Shown: in pieces, positions 13,516 through 25,114 of the stretch
How the letters are laid out: the number at the start of each line of letters is the position of its first letter
Position numbering within the stretch: the stretch's first letter is position 1
NCBI GenBank assembly: GCA_951406725.2
Contig: OX597839.1
Location: forward strand, 22,382,001 to 22,446,000
Reading direction: 5' to 3'
DNA: 64,000 nt
From: Octopus vulgaris
Lineage: Eukaryota
Notes under the pieces: model-generated
Databases searched by the model: none
What the model saw: the letters and a program-made list of their open reading frames with translations, nothing else
What the model was told of the DNA's origin: nothing
Translations under genes and position numbers: made by a program

Positions 13516-16500
13516 ATGAATCTTCCAGTTTTACCAATTTTCACAGCAGATATTGCTGCCTGCTTTGCCCAGTTAGAAGCATTTTTCTCTGCAAGCAAAC
13601 ACAATTCAGACCAACAGTAGCTCTACACTTTACTTAGTTCTATACCACCACCATTAACTGGAGAATTATGAGATATTGTTACATCTCCACTGGCAGATGC
13701 AACGTATTTATCAATTAAAAATGAAATTTTAAGACGAACCTTGCTCTCTTCTGAAAAGAAGGTTCGAAAATGTCTCAATGAGCATTTAGGAGACAGAACA
13801 CCATCAAAATGCGACAACTCTGCTGAAAGTAAGTTGCTTAACCAATTCTTCTCCTCCAGATTACCACAGAATGTTCAAGGTATACTCACCCATTTGACAG
13901 ACGTTAACACAGTCGACCAACTTGCAGCATCGGCAGATAAAATTTTGAGTATACAAAATCCACTCCAGAATAGAACAACACTCCTTTGCCAATTGCTACA
14001 GTTTCTTCTGAATTCAAAGAATTCTGTGAATCTATGCAGAAAACTATAGACAAGCTAGTCACAGAAGTTTGTCTCTTGCGTATCAATAGAAGTTCTTCAC
14101 CTCGTTGCTATCGTCGTTCAAATTCCTGTTCTCCCAGCAGATCAAACCTTTTTTGCTGGTATCATTATAAGTTTTGGTTCTGCAGCTAAAAGATGTGTTT
14201 CACCTTGTACATATAAAACTCAGGAAAACTAAAAAGCCAGACTCCGAGCGTAACCACAGTTCCCGGCATATTTTCTCTTAGTTGTGCATTTTACATACTA
14301 GATTTCAAGTTTAAGAAGGCATTTCTAGTTGATTCTTGAGCATCCTGCAGTATATGGCCGTCTGAATTTGTGAAATAAAAACTTTTCACTTCTGACAAAT
14401 CTCTTCAATCAGTCAACAGTTTTCTTATTAAAACTTTCGGTTAGATTTCACTCACACTGGACCTGAATCTCAGACGAAGTTTCCAGTGGGTTTTTACCAT
14501 TGCTGACCTTCCTCACCCAGTTTTAGGAGCTGATTTTCCCCATCATTTTCCCCTATTATTGGACGTCAAAAGAAATTGACTTATCGATAGCAATACACAG
14601 TTATGCGTTTCAGGAAGCTGTTTCAATTCCACTTCTGTCAGCCCACTGTTTTTTATTGCAAATCAACCAGATAAATGTCAAGCCTTGCTTTAGTCCTTTC
14701 CTGAACACATCCCCTCCGCCAGTTACCAACCACCTAAGAACGGTATGATCGAAAGTTTTACTTTTAATATCAATGCTTCATCTATTCATCATATAACCAC
14801 CAATGGATCTCCTGTTTTCTCGCATCTGAGACGCTTACCACCTGAAAAACTCAAAGCTGCTACAGCAGAGTTCAGCCACATGCTCCAGCTTGGAATAATT
14901 TGTCCTTCAAAGAGTAAATGGTCATCACCACTTCATTTAGTGAAAATGGAATCTAGTGATTTTAGACCTACTGGTGACCAAAGATGACTCAACACTGTTA
15001 CCATTCCAGAGAGCTATCCTATACCATCCTATACCACATATTTTGCATCTTCTCTGCATGGTTGCACTATTATCTCAAAAAAAGATTTGATATGAGCATG
15101 CCATCAGATTCCTGTCAACGCAAATGATATTCCAAAAATGGTTATTGCAGCTCCATTTGGGTCATTCGAATTTCCTACCATGCCCTTTGGGTTGAAGAAT
15201 TCTGCCAGTACTTCTCAGTGTTTCATTCATGAAGTAATACGTGGATTAGATTTTGTCTACACCTATATTGATGATCTTCTCATCACTAGATCTTCCGAGA
15301 AAAAACGTGAGCTTCGTTTCTAGCAACTTTTCAAAAGGCTTTCTCGATACAAAATTCGTATCAATGCTACCAACTGTATTTTCGGTGAGCCTTTTCTTAC
15401 TTTCCTTGGACACACCAAGTAAGGAATTGGGCCAGAAAAGGTTGAGGTTATACCTCATTGTGCTGAAACTATACACCCTCCCAACAAATTACTTTGACAC
15501 TGCAAGAACAGAACAGAAAAGATCACTTTAACTCCTGCTGAAATGCAAGCTTTCGGCGATGTTAAACAAAAATTTTCCTGTGTCTCCATATTGGCTCACC
15601 CCATTCCTGATGCCGAAATTTCTTTTGTAGTCAACAGGTCTGAAATTGGCATTGGCACAGTCCACCATGGCAAATAGCAACCTCTGGCCTTTTTCTCTAA
15701 GCATTCAGTCATGAACTGTTGGCTATCTGCCTCTCAGTTAAACACTTCCAACACCTTTTGAAAAGGAGAAACTTCACAAAATGCGTCGAGACAACTAATT
15801 GGACTTGTGTACCTGTGTCAGGTGTCAAAAATCCAAAGTACATAAACATATCCTCTGTCTGGAAGCTTGCAGGTTGGCATGCAGACGACATCATGCACCG
15901 TTAGGCACTTTCTCTTCTCCAAATACACAATTCCAGCACATGCATGCTGATATAGTCAGGGCTACACATTTTTATCAACTTGTATATCAATACTTATCGT
16001 TTTTCACTCTGGCCAGAAGTGATTCCACTCACAGACATCTCTTTCTCAAACTGTGGCACAAGCTTTAGTCACAAGATGGATCTCTCATTTCGGAACAGCT
16101 GTGAAAATAACAGATCGCGGACGTCAATTCGAAACTAAGCTTTTCCAGTAGCTTACCAAGATCCTAGGAACCAAACACACCCCCTCCGCCAGTTACCAAC
16201 CACCTAAGAACGGTATGATCGAAAGATTTCACCAACGCTTAAAGCTGCGTTCTGTGTTTCTGCTGATTCAACTCGATGTATTGAATTTCTTCCTCTTCTT
16301 CTCTTGGGTCTCTGCTCTTCTATCAAAGAAGACATGGGATATTCTCCTGCAGAATTACTTTATGGTTCTTCCTTGACGCTTCTTGGTCAGATGGTTGTTC
16401 CTGCAAACACGATAGTTTGTAATGCTGTGTGTTGTCTGTAGTGGGGTTGGAAATGGTTTGTTTTTTCGTGTGAGCCCTTTTTAGTCTATCAACAGAAACA

Positions 16501-17070
16501 GTGTCATTACGACCATTAAAGTCTAAGGTGCAAGAAGGTACACGAAAGGGTCCTGAATACGGTGCTGTTAAAGGGTGTTTAAAGGCATCGTTGAGAACAA
16601 AGAGTCCAGGAAGAATATGGAAGCACTCCGTCGGTTACGACGACGAGGGTTCCGGTTGATCCGAATCAACGGAACAGCCTGCTCGTAAAATTAACGTGTA
16701 AGTGGCTGAGCACTCCACAGACACGTGTACACCACCATCCCCTGCCGGAGCCTCGTGGAGCTTTAGGTGTTTTCGGTCAATAAACACTCACAACGCCCGG
16801 TCTGGGAATCGAAACCGCGATCCTATGACCGTGAGTCTGCTTCCCTAACCACTGGGCCATTGCGCCTCCACTCCAGGAAGAATAGTCCTTGGGCAAATAT
16901 GTTTTAATGTCTTGTTTTCTGGTGGTCACATGTGGGAACTTTGACATAATCCCGCAAGTGTTCAACAAAACTGGCAGTGTCGATATCTTGCGTGTTTGCA
17001 GGAACAATCATCTGACCAAGGAAGACATGTGTATTGGCCCAAGAATTTAACAAACATTTATTACATTTGA
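13516..17070 (+). pseudogene. Degenerate Ty3/Gypsy gag-pol (gag, protease, RT, partial RNaseH, integrase)
   Basis: gag FAQLEAFF, LGDRTPS, CWYH..C..PC; protease FLVDS; RT WSSPLHLV, MPFGLKN, YIDD; integrase HADIV, DRGRQFE, NGMIERFH; end GRHVYWPK..* at 17020-17070; many stops and frameshifts; 16412-17019 inverted. Confidence 0.92.
16618..16871 (-). mobile_element. Family C tRNA-derived SINE (internally deleted)
   Basis: 13 bp TSD tccaggaagaata at 16605-16617 and 16872-16884; A/B boxes; homologous to 44750-45127. Confidence 0.88.
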
Positions 17071-17174
17071 ACTGTGATATTGTTTCTATAGTTTGGCATT
17101 TTATGATGTATACATTTTTATTATTTTCATTATAGTACAATGTTACCTCTGCTTGGAGCAGGGGTTCCAATTTA

Positions 17175-18748
17175 TGAAGTGGAAATATTTAGTCAGTACA
17201 AGGTGTTGATGTGGCTGTGTGTATGTTATTACAAGAGTTCATAAAGAGATGAAGAATAAATTCAAGAACTATATATTTAACCCTTTCGTTACCAAACCGC
17301 CCGAAAAAAATTTTGGTTAATGTGACCAAGCCGCCCCAAACCGCCCGAATTTACCTATTCATATTTAAATGAGAATATCAGAGTAAATCTCTTTAGTACA
17401 TTCGTGAAAACACGTATTATACTTCGTAAACAGTTCAACTACAGTTTTGTACAAAAATCGAAGTGTAATTTTAATTCCGTGAATTATGGGAGATTTTTTT
17501 CCGAAATTTGTTCCTATTGTGTTTTCAAAATTTGTAATTCTGACAAAAAATGGATACGAATTTCATTATATCAAGCAGCGAGTCAGAATTCGAAGGATTT
17601 TCTACTGAAGACCTTCATAAATCTAACTTTATGACTGAAAAAAAAAGCACGTGGTATTTGATAATGAATCTGATGTTTCATTTTCCGAAAGTGAAAACAG
17701 TGAATCCGAGAGCTCCGACAGCGATAAAGAAAATGAATTGGCACCTGAATGGAGTGAAAATTTAAAAACTGTTTCTTTCGGTGATTTTTCTGAAGAAACT
17801 GGACCAAGCCACAGACTTTCCCAGAAGAGTAAAGCCTTAGACTATTTCTTTTTACTTTTTCGAATGAGCCTATTTGAAATCATTACGGCGGAAACAAACT
17901 GTTACGCTAAACGTAAACAAAGCGAAAGAAAGGATAGTTTGTTATTTCCCACAACCTTAAATGAAATTAAGGCCTATTTTGCCATAAATATTATTATGGG
18001 TATCAGAAAGTTACCCAGAATAACAAATTCTATCGTAAAATTTTGTTGTATACCCAATTGAATATTAGCTAATAACCCATTTTCTATAGCGATGTTTGAA
18101 CAAAATTTTAATAATTTTATATATTGTTGAATTTACCTGTATCTACCTGCAATTAGAGTCACTTTGTGACAAAAATTATAGTATAGAATTGGTTGAGAAC
18201 ATTTCATTAAATTATCTTCCAAAATTCATGTTAATATATTGATAAATAAAAAAGTTATAGTTGTTTAATGAAACCAGACTAAATTTATGATTACGTTAGA
18301 AATTAATTGAAACACATAAGGGGTGTAATTTGGTCAGAAATATAGTAACGAAAGGGTTAATACAGAAAAATATATTTTATTTACTGGTCGATGACGATAC
18401 ATAGAATCAATAAGCAGCATCTAGTTGAATGAAGTAATCTATGCAAGAAAGTTCAGAGACAGAAAATGTAGAAATAAGAGCTAAGTGGTGGTTTTCAGTC
18501 ATGTGGCATAGAGAGATAGATGGACATAGCAATGGACTAAGAAGTGAAGAGCAGGGTTAGCAAGCTGTTTTTTATTAATGCAACACTAGACATTCTAGAA
18601 ACTTCCAAGAGAAATGCTAAGCTTCTTGATTGATTAAGAATCACATCTCATGACACAGATGCTTTGAGAAACTTAGGAAAGGGAGGTTACTCTATAATCT
18701 TTCTTGCAAGGGAGATCATTCAACTATTTAGCTATGGAGACCATTACA
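17175..18748 (-). mobile_element. Second Gypsy LTR in inverted orientation, interrupted by piggyBac
   Basis: reverse complement aligns along the length of 12890-13384 once 17281-18360 is removed (494 bp). Confidence 0.9.
17281..18356 (+). mobile_element. Internally deleted piggyBac element (1076 bp) with 5' transposase fragment
   Basis: TTAA TSD, TIR CCCTTTCGTTAC/GTAACGAAAGGG; acidic N-terminus, then DYFFLLF..ETNCYA..TT.NEIKAYF..IIMGI..LP; frameshift in poly-A at ~17640. Confidence 0.93.
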
Positions 18749-19094
18749 AAATCAAGACATAAAGGATCGCTTGCATACTTGTTGTTTGAGGTGTCGAGCA
18801 GATACCACACTGCAATCTCACAAATGACACGATCTGCCCTTCCGAGGCTGTGATGATGGCAGCCACGGATTGAGTTGAAGAAGAGGTCAGGTGGTGAGCA
18901 GTGTGAGAGCTAGCAAGAAAAAGGGAGCACTTGGATGGGGACGAGTGGGAGAGAGGGAATGCAGTCGAGTGCAGCCGTACGGTCCTGGCTAAGCTGCTAG
19001 AAGGTGCCAGATCACTGCAGGGATTGACGATGGTGGACATGATATCGATCATGCGCACAGAGTGCTGCCAGCAGCAGGAGGCATGACCACCACC

Positions 19095-20248
19095 AAGGCG
19101 GCGATCTGGCAGAATTGTTAGCACGCCGGGCGAAATGCGTAGCCGTATTTCGTCTGCCGTTACGTTCTGAGTTCAAATTCCGCCGAGGTCGACTTTGCCT
19201 TTCATCCTTTCGCGGTCGATAAAATAAGTACCAGTTATGCACTGGGGTCAATATAATCGACTTAATCCGTTTGTCTGTCCTTGTTTGTCCTCTCTGTGTT
19301 TAGCCCCTTGTGGGTAGTAAAGAAATAGGTATTTTGTTTGCCGTTACGTTCTGAGTTCAAATTCCGCCGAGGTCAACTTTGCCTTTCATCCTTTCGCGGT
19401 CGATAAAATAAGTACCAGTTATGCACTGGGGTCAATATAATCGACTTAATCCGTTTGTCTGTCCTTGTTTGTCCTCTCTGTGTTTAGCCCTTTGTGGGTA
19501 GTAAAGAAATAGGTATTTTGTTTGCCGTTACGTTCTGAGTTCAAATTCCGCCGAGGTCGACTTTGCCTTTCATCCTTTCGCGGTCGATAAAATAAGTACC
19601 AGTTATGCACTGGGGTCGATATAATCGACTTAATCCGTTTGTCTGTCCTTGTTTGTCCTCTCTGTGTTTAGCCCCTTGTGGGTAGTAAAGAAATAGGTAT
19701 TTCGTTTGCCGTTACGTTCTGAGTTCAAATTCCGCCGAGGTCGACTTTGCCTTTCATCCTTTCGCGGTCGATAAAATAAGTACCAGTTATGCACTGGGGT
19801 CGATATAATCGACTTAATCCGTTTGTCTGTCCTTGTTTGTCGTCTCTGTGTTTAGCCCCTTGTGGGTAGTAAAGAAATAGGTATTTTTTTTGCCGTTACG
19901 TTCTGAGTTCAAATTCCGCCGAGGTCGACTTTGCCTTTCATCCTTTCGCGGTCGATAAAATAAGTACCAGTTATGCACTGGGGTCGATATAATCGACTTA
20001 ATCCGTTTGTCTGTCCTTGTTTGTCCTCTCTGTGTTTAGCCCCTTGTGGGTAGTAAAGAAATAGGTATTTTGTTTGCCGTTACGTTCTGAGTTCAAATTC
20101 CGCCGAGGTCGACTTTGCCTTTCATCCTTTCGCGGTCGATAAAATAAGTACCAGTTATGCACTGGGGTCGATATAATCGACTTAATCCGTTTGTCTGTCC
20201 TTGTTTGTCCCCTCTGTGTTTAGCCCCTTGTGGGTAGTAAAGAAATAG
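19095..20248 (+). repeat. Family B SINE whose 184-bp body is tandemly repeated six times
   Basis: marker gactttgcct-like at 19191, 19375, 19559, 19743, 19927, 20111; single head; flanking gaggca(t/c)gaccac TSD. Confidence 0.93.
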
Positions 20249-21025
20249 AGGCACGACCACAATGGAAGCAGATATTGATGGGAAGCGGCACGTGCAGCAG
20301 TAGAACAACAAGCAGGAGAGATGGATGGAAATCCAGCGTGGCCAACTCTGCAGAACGGTTGCTGTGGTGCTGCTAGAAAATGGCAGAGATCGAAGGCAAG
20401 TGACAAGAGAAGCATGATGTCGTCCACATGCCAACCTGCAAGCTTCTCGGCAGAGGTAAACGAGATATCGAACACCTGTGTGTACCTGCTTCTCTTGTCA
20501 GTTGCCTTTGATCTCTGCCGTTTTCTGGCAGCTGTTGTTGCTTTGCTGCATACATGCACGGTCCAGCTCCTTCGTACTGTTGACAGAGCTGTCTGGCAGC
20601 ACTGGTGCGTTAGACTTATTCCTGCATTCCGGATGAGCACAGGCGAGTGTAGGTCCATGTGGAAAGAGTCAAGCAATTGCTGTCTTTTATTGCAGAACAT
20701 GAAATCCTGTAAATCTTCTTGCTCATTTGGCCTTGGGTTATAAACAGAGAACAAATTTAGAGGGGATTGTCGGTATTTTACATCTACTTCTAGCATAGGT
20801 GTTGGCACTCAAGAGCCCTTAATTATAATTAGCTTTTATAATTATATACTTAAAAACTAATTTTACCGATGCAGTCATTTTTATACACTAGGCCACTGAT
20901 ATGATCATTTTTATGATTATATCCTTAACTTACAGATATAGTTACACATTATATATATATCTGGTATGTACATTATATATGTGTATATACATATATGTAT
21001 ATAATATATCCAATGTATATATACA

Positions 21026-21410
21026 GGCGCAGGAGTGGCTGTGTGGTAAGTAGCTTGCTAACCAACCACATGGTTCTGGGTTCAGTCCCACTGCGTGGCA
21101 TCTTGGGCAAGTGTCTTCTGCTATAGCCCCGGGCCGACCATTGCCTTGTGAGTGGATTTGGTAGACGGAAACTGAAAGAAGCCTGTCGTATATATGTATA
21201 TATATATGTGTATGTGTTTGTCCCCCTAGCATTGCTTGACAACCGATGCTGGTGTGTTTACGTCTCCGTCACTTAGCAGTTCGGCAAAAGAGACCGATAG
21301 AATAAGTACTGGGCTTACAAAGAATAAGTCTCGGGGTCGATTTGCTCGACTAAAGGCAGTGCTCCAGCATGGCCGCAGTCAAATGACTGAAACAAGTAAA
21401 AGATAAAAGA
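21026..21410 (+). mobile_element. Family A SINE, full length
   Basis: identity to the other copies. Confidence 0.9.
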
Positions 21411-21434
21411 TATATATAATATACATATTGTACG

Positions 21435-23745
21435 TATCATCATCATCCTTGTTTAACGTCCATTTTCCATGCTGGCATGGGTTGGATGGTTTGACTGAGG
21501 TCTGGAGAGCCAGTGGCTGCCCCAGTCTCCAATCTGATCTGGCAAGGTTGCTACAGCTGAATGCTCTTCCTAATGCCAACCATTCTGAGAGTATAGTGGG
21601 TGCTTTTTATGTGCCATGGGCACAGGAGCCAGTCAGGCGGGCCTGGCATTGATCACATTTGGATAGTACTGTTTACGTGCCACTGGCATGGGAGCCAGTC
21701 AGGTGGCACTGGCATGGAATACACTCAAATGGTGCTCTTCATGTGCCACCAGCATGGGAGCTAGTCAGGTGGCACTGGCAATGATCACATTTGAATGGTG
21801 CTTTTTATGTGCCACTGGCACAAGTGCCAATCAGGTGGTACTGTCATCAGCCATGACAATGATTTCACTTGCCTCAACAGGTCTTCACAAGCCCAGTATG
21901 TTGCCCAATGATTGAAGAGTAGTCTTAGACTGGCTGGTTATACAGCACTGGCATAGGCCACGGGTTATGGCCTCACTTGTCTTGCTGGGTCTTCTCAAGC
22001 ACAGCATATCTCTCCGAAGGTCTCGGTCACTTGTCATTACCTCAGTGAAGCCCAACATTCAAAAGTCGTGCTTCACCACCTCATCCCAGGTCTTCCTGGG
22101 TCTACCCCTTCCACAAGTTCCTTCAACTGCTAGGGTGTGACACTTTTTCACACAACTGTATTCATCCATTCTCGCTACATGTCCATACCAGTGCAGTTGT
22201 CTCTCTTGCACACCACATCTCATGCCTCTTATGTCCAACTTTTCTCTCAGGGTACTTAATCTCTGTTGAGTATGCACACTGACATTACACATCCAGAGGA
22301 GCATACTGGCTTCGTTCCTTGCAAGCTTATGCAGGTCTTCAGCAGTCGAAGCCCATGTTTCACTGCCATGTTGCATGGCTGTTCGTACATATAAGTTGTA
22401 CAGTCTACCTTTTACTCTGAGCGAGAGGCCCTTTGTGACCAGCAGAGGTAGGAGGTCTCTGAACTTTGCCCAGGCTATTCTTATTCTAGCAGCTACACTT
22501 TCAGAGCACCTACTCCCACTACTGACTTGGTCGCTTAGGTATCAACTACTTGTAGTTTTTCCCCCTGGAAAGAGATGGAAGCTGTTTTCTGCACATTTTC
22601 AGTGTTTATTGCTCCGGAGCATTTGCCACACACAAAAACTATCTTCCCAGTTAACCTTGCTTTGATATTGCTGCACCTCTTATGTGTACACTGGGTACAT
22701 CTTATGGAGTTTCTACCTATGCCTTTTCTACAGATTGATCAGGGCCATCTACCTGAAGGGATTTGTGATTTATCTGCCTTCCTACTTTGTTTTTTGCTAG
22801 ATTGACTCTAAGGCCCCTCGATTCTAGACCTTGCTTCCACACCCGAAACTTCTTCTCTAGTTCTGATAGTAACTCAGCTATTAGAGCAAAATCCTCAGCA
22901 CAGAGGAGCTCCCAGGGGCATTCTGTCTTGAATTCCTATGTTATTGCCTGGAGAACTATGATGAATGAATAAGAGGGAGCAGAGGACTGATCCTTGGTGG
23001 GCCCCTACCCGGAATTCTTCACTGTACTCATTGCCAACCCCTCACCTTACTGACAGCATCTATGTACATGGCTTGTACAGCTCTCACTAACCACTCATCT
23101 ATCCCTAGTTTCGGCATTGACCACCAGATAAGGGATCGGGGGACCCTGTCAAAGGCTTTCTCCATGTCAACAAAAGCCAGGTACAGAGGTTTATCTTTGG
23201 CTAGGTATTTCTCCTGCAGCTGTCTTACCAGAAATTTAGCATCAGTGGTCCTTTTCCCTGGTACAAACTCAAACTACATCTCATCTAGACTGACTCTCTC
23301 CCTAATTAGTGGGGCTATGGCCCTCTCCATGACTTTCCATTACCTGATCCAACAACTTGATACCTGAGTAATTATTTCGTATCTAATGCATCACCTTTAC
23401 CTTTGTAGCAGTTGACTATGGATGCTGCTATACAAGACATTGGGTACGACTCCTTCATGTATCACCTGATTGACTATATTATAGCTTTAAGTCTTTGGTC
23501 CTCATGACACAGAACATTGGCAAATTTTTTCGTATCTGCTTCCCTTTTGACTAAGTAAACCTGTCTCCTAGTTTCCCTTCTGGCAGTCTGATACAATTCC
23601 CTGCTACCACAGTTCTTCCGGTCCTTCCATGTCTGTTTCTTTTCCCTAATGGCCCTATTAAATACATTGTTCCACCACCACTTAACCTTGGGTCGAGAGG
23701 GGACTTTGGACCATCCACGGATCTGGTCAGTAGCCCTTGTAGCAA
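21435..23745 (-). pseudogene. RTE-clade LINE, 5'-truncated, degenerate reverse transcriptase
   Basis: WWWNN, FVDMEKAFDRVP, HQGSVL, PWELL, GSETW, LHWYGHVARMDE, GRGRPRKTW; (GAT)n tail. Confidence 0.9.
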
Positions 23746-24349
23746 GTAGCCATTTTAAAATAAGGCGCCAATTTGTGGTACCTGGCAATATGACGTAATG
23801 TATTGCCGAAGAAATATTATTGTCGTTTTTCCATTGGTTAATATAACTGCTCATATAAGGATTCTAAAAGTTACTTAAAGAATATTTGTTTGGGATTTCG
23901 ATTCTTTAAAGTCAAGTTGAGCAGTTATAAAAACCCTGGATTTTGGGAAAAACTTTAGTGTTTGTTGGATATAACTAAACTCCACGACACTCACTCCTTT
24001 GAGACATTGGTGATTTTTCATGCCATGTCCAAGGAAAATCCAACAAGTCTTATTTGAATTCTTGAGATTCAATATTAGTTAGATTAAAGAATTAGATAGT
24101 AAAATATATAGTCGTAATTCTCTACAATGAATTTTATCTTTCTTTCACCTGTAAATAATATAAAATGTTATAAAAATTAATTAAGAAATTGTTTTCTCTT
24201 TCTTCACGTTCTTCATCTATGTATAAAATGTATTTCTGTAATTATTAAATTGTATTTTCTTATAGCGGTTAAATGTACACGAAAATCATATTTAACATAC
24301 ATTCTCGCTAATGTTCGTTAGCTTTCTAGAAAGTATATTTCTCTATATA

Positions 24350-24581
24350 CACTTGTGTCAGAAATTAATTAGCACTTCTCAAATTTCTACATTAAATAGG
24401 TTAAATCAATTAACCTATGAGCTGTTCAAAACGTCTTACGCGATGAGAAAACTTAGTATGGTGTGATTTCGGTCCTTGCAAGGCGCTACCTATATCTATT
24501 AAACAAAGGAAGATTTGTCTGCATCCGCACTTCAAGTTGTTGCACAAAATCAAGGGTGCTAATTAATTTCTGACGGTAGTG
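24350..24581. mobile_element. Tc1/mariner-type MITE
   Basis: TA flanks; TIR CACT....TCAGAAATTAATTAGCAC at both ends. Confidence 0.8.
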
Positions 24582-24777
24582 TATATGGTGTTTATATAAC
24601 TGTAGTTCGGATTTGCGTATAATGATAACACTTGAGTTATAAGTGACGGTTTTATCATTATATACATCCTTACTTTAAAAGCCAAATAATTTTGTATATT
24701 TCCAAATAGGAAACATAATAAGTAGCGTTGCATTAACTGTAAACAAAACTAAGTAGGGAATATAAGCTATATTATAT

Positions 24778-25113
24778 GACATGGCTCAGTGGTTAGAGCG
24801 TCGAGCTTACGATCGTGAGGTTGTGAGCTTGAATCCCGGACCGGACTGCGTGTTGTGTTCTCGAGCAAGGCACTTTATTTCACGTTGCTCCAGTTCACTC
24901 AGCTGTAGAAATGAGTTGCGACGTCACTGGTGCCAAGCTGTATCGACCTTTGTCTTTCCCTTGGATAACACTGGTGGTGTGGAGAGGAGAGGCCGGTATG
25001 CAGGGGCGACTGCTGGTCTTCCATAAACAACCTTGCCCGGACTTGTGTCTAGGAGGGTAACTTTCTAGGTGCAATCCCATGGTCATTCATGACCAAAGGA
25101 GGTCTTTACCCTT
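24778..25113 (+). mobile_element. Family D tRNA-derived SINE
   Basis: tggctcagtggttagagcg A box, gcttgaatccc B box, conserved-looking body. Confidence 0.7.
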
Positions 25114-25114
25114 A

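Noticed and set aside
12890-18748. DIRS-like element as an explanation for the inverted terminal repeats
   Set aside because: Internal domains are protease, RT and DDE integrase of Gypsy type, with PBS- and PPT-like sites; no tyrosine recombinase seen.
23750-24072. AT-rich minus-strand ORF pieces
   Set aside because: No recognisable motifs or splice structure; part of the listed ORF is read-through into the RTE fragment.
24778-24850. Possible tRNA gene
   Set aside because: A and B boxes are present but I see no convincing acceptor stem, and the sequence continues into a SINE body; same for 16800-16870 and 44750-44815.
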